Shown here in pieces: positions 1 to 10,900 of a stretch of DNA of 64,000 nt. The stretch lies in IMG/VR virus record IMGVR_UViG_3300032295_000707, positions 2,700-66,699 of that record. One strand, given 5' to 3'. Every line of letters begins with the position of its first letter. Position 1 is the first letter of the stretch. The notes below the pieces were generated by a model, which saw only the letters and a list, made by a program, of their open reading frames with translations, was not told the origin of the DNA and did no database searches. This DNA is from a virus (taxonomy: Duplodnaviria; Caudoviricetes). The position numbers and the translations under genes are program-made.

Positions 1-195
1 TGTTAACGCACCGCCTTGGCTAAAATCTGTTCCACTTACTGCGCCGACTCGCGAAATACGGCCTTGAACATTTAAATTGCCACCTATGCCGGCGCCGCCA
101 GCGACAATTAAAGCACCAGTTGCCGTCGAGTCTGACTGTGCAGTCCCTTCTGCAACTATGCCTTGCTTGACAATAAAATCTTTATTCAATGCCAT
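1..195 (-). CDS. Partial virion fibre/structural protein (5' end only; runs off the window start; not in ORF track)
   Basis: ATG at 195 preceded by AAGGA; reads MALNKDFIVKQGIVAEGTAQSDSTATGALIVAGGAGIGGNLNVQG with no stop to position 1; same STxTGALxVxGGxGIGGN repeat as the neighbouring 587-aa protein. Confidence 0.8.
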   Translation of the reverse strand, partial: MALNKDFIVKQGIVAEGTAQSDSTATGALIVAGGAGIGGNLNVQGRISRVGAVSGTDFSQGGALT

Positions 196-211
196 TTCTT
201 ATTCCTTAGTA

Positions 212-1975
212 TTACCTAGTTATGCTGGTTCTTTGAACTTTTACAGTTTTGTTACTTGGGCTAGCAGCTCTAAACAATAACCTAACTAAGCCATTGCCTC
301 CGACATTGAAATCAACATCGAAACTGCCATTTACTCCCCCAGTGGTGATTATACCGTATTCTGATTTGTAAACATTACCTGCATTATCGTTTAACACTAC
401 AATCTCCACTACATGAAACTTTGCTGTAGGTCCGGTTCCGTCTGTTACTTGAACTAAACTCTTTGCAGTTCTATAACTTAAGGCGGGCCAACTGTCAACT
501 ACAGTAGTACTCGTGTTATTTATGCTGGTACTGCGAGTAAACAGTTGGGCATCCCCGTATTGGATACTGCCGTTAACCTGTAATTTATCTACAAGATTGT
601 CTGTTTGTTGGCCAACTAGTAAATTTCCAGTAGCTTTAACTAAAATTAATCTATATTGATTGTTTCTGTCGTCGTATAATGTTAAGCTACCTTCTCTTAA
701 ACTTGTTCCACCTTGACCTGCTGCGTTATTTCCGCCTACTGCCCATGTATAACTTTGTCCGTTAGTAGCTGTGTTACGCATACGGAAGAATACACTGTCA
801 ACTGCTACGCGACTTTCTAGTGTTAGGCTCTTACCGCCGTAAATATTACCGCCAATTCCAACTCCTCCTAGTACTTTTAAAGCACCAGTCATTGTACTAA
901 ATGATTCTTCTATGTTAGCTACATAAAAAGGGCTTGAAATTTCACCGCCATTCCATAACGGTGTTTCTAACGGAACTCCGTCTACATAGACTGCTCTGGC
1001 ATAAACTGCACCGTTAACTCCTAGTCCGCCAGCTACTTGTAATGCACCAGTAAATGTAGATGTTGCAGAAGTTGCATCCATTACTGTTACAGTACCAGTG
1101 GACACTATTTGTCCTCCAATATTAACATTTCCGCCAATACCTGCTCCGCCGGCAACAATTAATGCACCAGTATCTGTACTAATACTTGTTTCTGTGCTTA
1201 ACAGTCTTAGTTTATTTGCTTGAAATGTTCCAGTAGAATATAAGTTTGTAAAATATCCTACATCGGGAATTCTAGTTCCAATAGGACTTGAATCAATTGT
1301 CTTTGCAAATAAGTCTTGAGTTAACCCATCTCCTACAATTTGATACCAATACAGAGGATCTATGTTTAACTTTAGGCTAGTTGTCCAGTCTGTAAAAAAG
1401 TACCGGCCTGGGCTAACTGTACCTGTACTAACTGCAACAATAGCTCCAGCAAGCTCTTGTGTGGTATCTGCATCTTTAGCTCGTGCCCAAGTTCCGTTAA
1501 ATCCAATGCCTAAGAAAGCAACAACATAGACACCGTTTTGTGCTGGATTAGTTTGATTTTTAACTAGAACTCTATCGTCTAATTTTAAATCAACTCCACT
1601 AACTTTGTTAGGTGCTCCGCCGACTAGTGTAACATTAGATGTAGTTGCAACTCTAACAGGTCCTTTAAAGGCTGTGTTTGCTTCTAGCGCAGGAATTACA
1701 ACTGGTCCGTTAATATATAGTGTACCTGTTCCTTGAGGATTAATAATAATATTGCCATTAGGAATAATACTCTGTAGAAAAGTTGCAGTATTACTAAAAG
1801 TAAAATTTAATTTACCCAGCGTAGTTTGATAAGTCGTTTGACTGTTAATAGTTGAAATTGTATAACCAGTTCCAGTAGTAGGAGAATTACCTAAAGCAGC
1901 CTGTGTCTGATTAAGTGTAATGTAACCGCTAGTAGAACTGGGGTTTTTAACTTTTCCGCTTAAAAGCAATGCCAT
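212..1975 (-). CDS. Tail-fibre-like virion protein, 587 aa
   Basis: VRVATTSNVTL...DDRVLVKNQTNPAQNGVYVV...WARAKDAD fibre motif; three STxTGAL(I/Q/K)VxGGxG(I/V)GG repeats; C-terminal VDSW...YRTAKSLVQV...EYG module of the kind seen in T4-like fibre proteins. Confidence 0.75.
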   Translation of the reverse strand: MALLLSGKVKNPSSTSGYITLNQTQAALGNSPTTGTGYTISTINSQTTYQTTLGKLNFTFSNTATFLQSIIPNGNIIINPQGTGTLYINGPVVIPALEANTAFKGPVRVATTSNVTLVGGAPNKVSGVDLKLDDRVLVKNQTNPAQNGVYVVAFLGIGFNGTWARAKDADTTQELAGAIVAVSTGTVSPGRYFFTDWTTSLKLNIDPLYWYQIVGDGLTQDLFAKTIDSSPIGTRIPDVGYFTNLYSTGTFQANKLRLLSTETSISTDTGALIVAGGAGIGGNVNIGGQIVSTGTVTVMDATSATSTFTGALQVAGGLGVNGAVYARAVYVDGVPLETPLWNGGEISSPFYVANIEESFSTMTGALKVLGGVGIGGNIYGGKSLTLESRVAVDSVFFRMRNTATNGQSYTWAVGGNNAAGQGGTSLREGSLTLYDDRNNQYRLILVKATGNLLVGQQTDNLVDKLQVNGSIQYGDAQLFTRSTSINNTSTTVVDSWPALSYRTAKSLVQVTDGTGPTAKFHVVEIVVLNDNAGNVYKSEYGIITTGGVNGSFDVDFNVGGNGLVRLLFRAASPSNKTVKVQRTSITR

Positions 1976-1976
1976 A

Positions 1977-4900
1977 TTATGATCCTACCACTAAAATAAA
2001 CGGTGTCATTGTAGCATACAAACTCTTCTCAAAAGTTCGTCCTGCTAATACACCTGTACTCTGGCTAATAACTAAAGTTGGACCAATTCGGAAGTCACCA
2101 TTTTGGTCAGTTGATGTAAAGAATACCTTACCATTGTTCAACTGAACAGTTTCTTTTCCTTGGTCTGGGTCAGCAGTACCAACCTGAGGTAAAGCACCGT
2201 ACTGAGTTCCTGCTCCAACATATTCAAACAAGTACCCCGAAGCTGAAATATAACTCTGTTGATAGAAGTTAACACTACATCCATCGATGAACAATGTTGG
2301 ATTTGTTACATTTTGTTCTAATTTCACAATATGATATTGACCTTTTCTTGAGAAATAACCATTGCCTGTATTTACTGACCTGTAATTTCCGCCATACACA
2401 ATATCAAAGATTACTGCATCAATAATTGCTCCTGTATCTCTATAACATTTATTTTTATCATAGTTATACTCACCTGTAAATGTTTGATCAATGTATGCAA
2501 TAACTTCTGCTTTGACAAATTCTTTATTTGCCATAATCATATTATATGCATTAATTTTATTTGTACTAGGCGTTGAAGACCCGTCAATCGGTTCTGGAGT
2601 CGGAGCAACACTTGGTCCATTATTAATAATATTTGTAATTAGATCAACTCCTGCGTATGCAAGTGTAGTTTCGCTGCTACTTGCGATTGGCAGATTAACA
2701 ACTTGTTTTTGTTTTCTTTGATAAGTCTTATTAACTGGAGTTCCTTGAATAATATTGCCGATAATTTGTTTAATAAATTCATAGGCAGCAGTAGTTTGAG
2801 GAATTTCGTTTTCAATCGCAGTTGATTCTCCGTCAAAGCCGTAGTAATAAACTCCTGCATGTACACTTTGACGATTTCCGCCGTGTGTTAAATCAAATCC
2901 AATGCAATCAATTACATATCCAATGTCTCTCTTACATTTAACATCATCAAATGCCCACCCATCATTGTCTAAACTAATTCTAGCAACAACTTCATCTTCA
3001 ATGAATGTTTTGTTAGCAACAAGAATATCAAATGAATCTAACAATCCTGTATCAGTTGTAATAAGTCCGTTTGGTACAATAATGTCACTTACTCCACCTG
3101 TGCCATTTTCTAATATGTTAATAATTACACTCATATTAGAGTCAAGTAAAGTAGCTGCTTCTTGAGTACCTGTAGTTAAATTAACAACTTGTGTGGTTAC
3201 ATTTCCTGTTGATACAGACACTGTTTCATTTAGCACAATTTTCTCTACTATTTCTTTCATGTAACTGAAAGCATTTGTAGTCGTAGTAATTTCATTACTT
3301 ATATCGCCAGTGTATCCACTTTGATTCCAATATTGCAATCCTGCAAATGCGCTTTGCGTATTACTATCATATAAGATATCCATTGCAATACTATCTAAGA
3401 TTAGTCCAGTATCTCGTTTGCATTTTGTCTTATCGTATAAGAATCCAGTATCGAATGTATTATTAATATATGCAATAGTTTCTGCTACAATGAAAGACCT
3501 GTTTGCATTTAGTAGTTTAGCACCATTTAATGTGCTTAAAGTCGCACTAGGTACTAGTCCAATTGAGCTAGGTTCAGGCGCAACGGTAGGACCATTGCTA
3601 ATAATATTAGTAATGATATCAATATTGTTTCTTACATTTTCAACTTCAGTGTCAGTTCCTGCTAGATATGTATAATTTACATAGTTAACAATTTCTTCTT
3701 GAATAAATTCTCTGTTTGCTGCAAGAATACTTGCCGCACGACTTACATTTGTAGAAGTAGACCTTGCTTGACCTACTGGTAACTGTGGTTGAGACGCTGT
3801 AGGACCGTTGTAAATGATTCCTGTTATTAAATCTACCATGTTACCTAACAAGTTACTTTCACTAACTGTTGCAGTAGCCAAATTCTTAACTTGTGCAATA
3901 GTATTATTTGGAGAAACAACTACAGTTTGATTTGTAACAATGTCTGATAAGATATCTTTCAGTCTGTTATATGCTGCAATTGTTTGATCTCTTTCTCCTG
4001 GGATAGCAGATGCAGTATCTGAGAACCCGTAATAATATACGCCACTTTGAATAGCTTGTCTATTTCCACCGTATAAAATATCAAAAGCAACACTATCAAG
4101 TATGTATCCAACATCTCGATAGCACTTGTCTCTATCAAACTCAAATACATATTTGTTGTTAATGTATGCAACAACTTCTGCTTTAATAAAATCTTTGTTA
4201 GATAACAATAACTGTGTAGCATTTAATCTACCTTCGTCAGTTGTTTTTGTTAAACTAATAGGCTCTACGCTAGTAATAATTTGAGGACCGTCGTTAATAA
4301 TACTATTAATTAAATTAATTTCGTCTGCAACAAACGCAACTTCAGCAGGAGTTGATGATGCATCATTAATAACCTGAGTCACACTAGTTTGTGCAGGATT
4401 AGTAATTAGTGTATTTGTAATAATTTTCTGTGCAATTGTCTTAATATAATTAAATGCGTCAGTTGTTTGAGGAACTTCTGTGGGAATTGCACTTGAATTA
4501 GAATTAAACGAGTAATAATAAACACCGCTAGTTATAGCTTGTCTATTACCTCCATACAACAAATCAAATGCAACACTGTCTAACATGTATCCAGCATCTC
4601 TCAAACATTTAGCTTGATCATAAACAAATCCAATTGGTTTAATACTTTCAACATAAGCAACTACTTCAGCTTGAATATATTCTCTGTTTGCTACTAATAA
4701 ATCATAAGCAGTTTGTACAGTAGAAGTTGAGCTGGCAGTAGTACCTTCTGTAACTATTAAATCTGACACACCTGCTGTGCCATTCAACAATATATCTGTA
4801 ATTATTGTAAAATCTGCGCTAATGGATGCCGTTTCAAATACAGTCGCAGTAGTTGTAAAGACTGTCTGAGTTGCAGTGCTTTGATATCGAGGACCACTAG

Positions 4901-7900
4901 TATCGTTAATTGCAATTTTTTGTGCTAGCTGACTTAGATAATTAGTTGCACTAACTGTTACATTTAATTCAGATAAAATATCTCCGGTATATCCGTCTTG
5001 ATTCCAGTATTGTAATCCAGCAAAAGTACTTTGACTCTTAGAAGCTGTCGGAAATGCTAAATCTAGTGCCATTGCTTCAACAACGAGACCAGTATCACGA
5101 GCACATTTAACTGGATCGTAACTAAATCCTTTTGCTTCTTCTACATAAGCAAGTGTTTCTGCCTGCAGATATGCTTTGTTAGCCATCAATATATTGTAAG
5201 CATTTTGAGCATCAACTGAAGTTGCAGTTGTTCCGTTTGCAACAATAATATCACTTACTCCGGCTGTTCCGTTTGTTAAGATATTTGTAATAACTTTAAA
5301 ATCTGCTCTCAACGCCAATGATTGTGTAGTAGTTGCAGAAGTTAAGTTTGTGATTTGACTTACTGTATTTTGAAATCTTACAACCGTTGAAGTATTGTTT
5401 AATACAACTTGTTGAGCTAATGAGCTTAGATACTTAATTGCATTAGTAGTAGTGGTTAACTGGTTAGCAATGTCTCCTGTGTAGCCTGCTTGATTCCAAT
5501 ATTGTAACCCAGAAAAATTACTTTGCGTATACCCGTTACCTTGAAATAGTAGGTCAGTGATAAACGAATCTACAATGATTCCGGTATCTCTGAAGCATTT
5601 GTCTTCGTTATAGCTGCTCAAAGTAGACTGGACAACACTAGTTTGTTGAGGAATAATAATTTGCCCTGTTACAATATCGCCTACTATATCTTTGATAAAT
5701 TCATAGGCCGCAGTAGTCTGTGGAATTTCATTAGGAATAGCTGTACTATATTGATCAAAGCCGTAGTAGTACACGCCACTTTGGATAGCTTGTCTATTAC
5801 CGCCATACAATAAATCATAACTTACACTATCTACCATGTAGCCAACATCTCTGTAGCACTTATTCTGGTCGTATTCAAATCCAGTAAATGTAGAATTAAT
5901 GTATGCAATTACTTCAGCAGCAATAAAATCTCGGTTAGCTAACAATAAGTCAAACGCTTTGTCTACATTAGGGTCTGTACTTTCTGTTAAGCTAATAGGA
6001 GTAGGAGCCGCAGCAACACTTGGACCATTATTAATAATATTTGTAATTGTAGTAATAAATCTTTGTGCCTTAACAACTTCAGAAATAGTTGCAGGTCGCA
6101 TGTATGTAACTTGGTCCGCTGTATTTCCTGGACTCTTTGTAATCGGAGTACTCTGTAAAATGCTTGTTATAATAGAACTAATATGATTATATGCCGCAGT
6201 AGTCTGAGGAATTTCTCCAACAATTGCTGTTGAAGTTGAATTATACCCGTAGTAGTACACACCACTTTGAATAGCTTGTCTATTACCGCCGTGTAACAAG
6301 TCAAACGCTACACTATCAATCATATATCGCATATCTCGGCGACATTTTTCTTGATCGTAATCAAACAATGCTGGACGAGTGGCTTCGATGAACGCAATAA
6401 CTTCTTCAACCATAAAAGTTTTATTAGCTATCAATAAATTGTATGCCTTGCCTATATTTTCATCGTATGTTTTTTGTCCGTTAGGAATGATTATATCAGT
6501 TATACCGTTAGTTCCAGTTTGTAATATATCTATGATATATCCAAATCCAGTACCTGCCTTGGCAGATTCAGTTGCAGTTGCGGGCTCTAATTCTAATTCT
6601 TGTGCAACTGCGTACTGATAACGAGTTCCTGTTGAATTAACAATAACTTGTTGTGCTAATTGTCCTAGATAGATAATAGCATTTGTAGTTGTGGTTAACT
6701 CGCTTTGAATTGTGCCAACATATCCGTTCTGGTTCCAGTATTGGATGCCTGCAAAAGTGCTTTGACTATTACTTGTAGTTGGATACTTTAAATCAAACGC
6801 AATTGCATCAACAATTAATTTTGTATCTCGTAAGCACTTAGCTTGATCATATTGAAAGTCAGCAATAGAATTAACATAGGCTATTGTTTCTGCCTGAATA
6901 AATTCTTTGTTAGCTTGTAATGCTGTATATGCATTATTAGTACTAGTAGAAGAACTTGCAGTTAGACTATTAGGAATAATTCTATCTGTTACTCCTTCAG
7001 TTCCGTTATCAATAATATCAACAATTAAATTAAATTCAGAAATAACTCTATTTGAATCTGATTCAGATGCTGAAGGAGTATCTAAATTCTGTGTCACTAA
7101 AGTTTGATATGTATAACCAACACTTTGATTTTTAACAATCTTGGAAGAAATATCTCTTACGAATTTAATTGCGTTGGTTGTGGTAGTTAACTGTCCGCCA
7201 ATTCCATCAACATATCCGCTTTGGTTCCAATATTGAACGCCGGCAAAAGTACTTTGACTAGAAGTATTAAACAATAAATCTTGTGCTAATGCATCAACAA
7301 TTAGTCCTGTGTCTCGAGCACACTTAACTGGGTCATAATTAAACTTACTAGGCCATATTGCATCAACATAGGCTACTGTTTCTGCTTGAATAAAGTTTCT
7401 ATTCTTTTCAAGCAATTTCTTTGCAGCTTTAATTTCGGTACTAGGCTGAATATATTGTCTAGCTGGAATAATTTCAGGAGCACTGTCAGGACCTTTCCTA
7501 ACAATATCTGCAATAATATTAAATTTTTCTTGTAAGCTATCTATTGCTACTTCACCGCCTGGAAAAGTAGGATCAATAGTTTGAGAATATATTGATTGAT
7601 AAGTGCCAGTAATTAAACTATTAGCAACAATTTGAGTAGCTAAGTCTCTAGCATATAAAATTGCCAAACTGGTAGTTGTTTCCTCTCCGGGGATTAAGGT
7701 AGTTTTTGTAGTTGTAGTTGAACTTAAACTTTCGTCAACCACACTAGAAAGCACTGTGTAATATGCATTTCCACTAAAGAATAAATTTAAGAAATTTGGA
7801 TTCGTAGGATCGTTGACACCATTTAAAATAGGTCTGCTTAAATGTACTGTTTGATATGTAACATCAACTACTTCTGTGTCGTTACTTAGATACTTGAGAC

Positions 7901-10900
7901 CAGGTGCTGGACCTTCTTCTCCGTAAATGTCACGAATATATAATGTATGACCAATTGCAACATTACTTACATCAATGCCGCTGATAGTATAGCTGCCTGT
8001 AGTAAGTGTTCCGGTATTAGAAGTAGCAGCTAAGTAACCAGGATATCCCTGTTCGTTAACAAAAGGAACACGCTTACCTTCGTAGTCAAGATAAGTGTCT
8101 GGCGGAACTACTTCCATAACTAGTCCAATGTGAGGACGATTTGCAGTATCAGGTACAAATACTTCCATTCGTTGCTCTTGTGGCCAGAATCCTATTGGAT
8201 AAAATTCACTGTTTGGAATATTTGAAGGAAACGGAGGGTTATGAATAATACCAGAGAATTCATTAACTCCAATACCTTTAGCAACTAAACACAAATCACC
8301 GAAGTTAGCATTGGAGTTAGTAATAGAAGCAATGCCACCGTTCTCTACAATAACAGCTTCTGAACAGAAAATTGTAAACACAGAAACTAGCTGTGCGTAT
8401 CCGTTGTTAATAATGTGGATACCCTTTCCACCTTGATTCAATTGTGTAAACGCATCAAATACAAATGATTGAATCGGACTCTTTAATGAAGGAGCATTAC
8501 CGTCAACTAAAGCACCGCCGCCAGATCCGTGGCCGTCTAGTCTTCGCATAGCCCATTCTTCTGGAATGTCAGCTGCCAGTGTAGGATAGACTTGTGTCTT
8601 TCCAAAGTACAATGTAGCGCCGTCACTTGAAGAAATTGTAGGTCTATTTAGAACAACTTCATATGTTCCTGTTGTTATTTTTTGAACATGTGTTACTACA
8701 CTTGCTGTGTTTAACGCATCTGGACTTAATCCGCTTGGTACAATTAGTGCATATATATCTTTGACAGGATCAGGAGTTGCATTTGGACCTTGTGTGATAA
8801 TACTTGTAATGATGTCAATTCCATCGTTAATACGAGTAGCAACTATTTCTCCGTGTACTAAACTAGGATTAATTACTTGGGTCGCTACTGAGTTAATGAC
8901 ATTGGTAATAGTTGTGTTAGCAATAATTTGTAAAGATAAATCTTTTAGATAATTGATTGCGCTAACTGTTTCTGTCTGCTCTCCAGGAATTAAAGTAGTA
9001 GCCCCATCCCAATAAGATAATCCTGCTTCAATACTTCGTTGATTGCCTCCAAATCGAGCATCTCCAGCAATAGCGTCAATAATGAATCCAGTATCTCTAT
9101 AGCATAGTGGTTGATTATAAACAAAATAGTTGTTATCAATATAAGCAATAACTTCTGCTTGAATAAATTTTCTATTAGCTTGTAAAATTTTTGCAGCGTT
9201 AATAACATTTGCATCTGAAGACGGAGTTATTCCTAAAGGAGCAGGATCATCTGCTACTGTAGGGCCGTTATTAATAATATCAGTAATGATAGAAATTTTA
9301 TCTATAGCAACATTAGCTTCTGTAATTGTTCCACCAATCATATCAACTACTTGCGGTACAATACTTTGTTGAGGACTAATTGCTTGACCGCTAATAACTG
9401 ATTGTACAATGTCGCTAATATAAGTGTATGCAGCAGTTACTTGAGGTATTTCGTTTGGTACAGCAGTAGAAGTAGTGTAGCTATAATAGTATACACCGGT
9501 CTGTACAGCCTGTCTATTGCCGCCATATAATAAATCAATACTTACGCTATCGATCATATTTCCAATATCTTGAATGTACTTAGATTGGTCGTACTCAAAT
9601 CTATCAGGATACTTTTGATCAATATATGCCACTACTTCTGTTTGAATAAAATCTCTATTAGCTATTAGCAATCTTGCCGCATCTGTATCGTTTATATTTG
9701 TACTAGATGTTATACTAATTGGAGATTTGTAAGGAACTATATCAGCACCGTTCCTAATGATGTTAGTAATTGTACTAACAATATCATAAATTTTAGCAGA
9801 CTCTGTATAAGTTGCAGTATAGGCAGCAAATACCTGAGTAACAGTATTTTGATATGTTATTGCTGGAACATTCTGAATAACTTTTTGTGCCAAGTTTCCT
9901 AAGAAATCAAAGGCATCAATAGTTTCATTAATTTCGTTTGGTATTGCAGTGTTGGTACTAAATGAATAGTAGTATACACCGCTTTGTACAGCTTGTCTAT
10001 TGCCGCCATGTAACAGGTCAAAGCTGATACTGTCAACCATATAGCCTACATCTCTATAGCATAATTCTTGATCGTAAACAAATCCAGGAGTCTTTGTAGA
10101 TTCTACAAATGCAACAGCTTCTGCTTGAATATATTCTTTATTAGCCTGAAGAATATTATAGGCACTAATAACATTAGTTACAGTACTTGGAAGAATATTG
10201 TTTGGAACAATAATGTCTGACACTCCGTCAGTTCCGTTACTTAAAATATCTGTAATTACAGAAAAATCATTAGCAATTAATGTTACTTCTGCAGAACTTG
10301 CAGAAGGTAAACTTGTATTTTGTGTAACAGTACTTTGATAACGAGGACCTGTAGTAATATTTCTTGCTAATTTTTGTGCAAGAGTACTAACATAATTAAT
10401 TGCATTAGTAGTAGTTGTTAATTCGTTAGCAATAGTACCAGTGTAACTACCTTGACTCCAATACTGTAATCCAGAAAAAGTAGCTTGACTGTTGCCAGGT
10501 GTTGGGTATAACAAATCAAGGGCGATAGCATCAACAATTAATCCGCTATCTCTATAACACTTAGGTTTATCAAAGCCAAATCCTGTTTTTATAGACTCAA
10601 TAAAAGCAATTGTTTCGTTTTGAATAAACGATCTATTTCCTTGTAACAAATCAACTGCTGCAAGTATGTCAGTTTCTGTACTTGCAGAAATTCCGTTAGG
10701 TATAATAATATCTGATACGCCTTCAGTTCCTCTATTAAGGATATCTAATATAACTCCAAAATCATCAGCGATAGTCTCAGCTTCTAACGAAGTTGCTGAA
10801 GGCCCAGAAAGAACTTGACTAAATGTATTTTGATATCTAGTGCCTGTTGTCTTTGTAACAACTTGTTGCGCCAGTGTGCTGACATATTCAATAGCCCTAG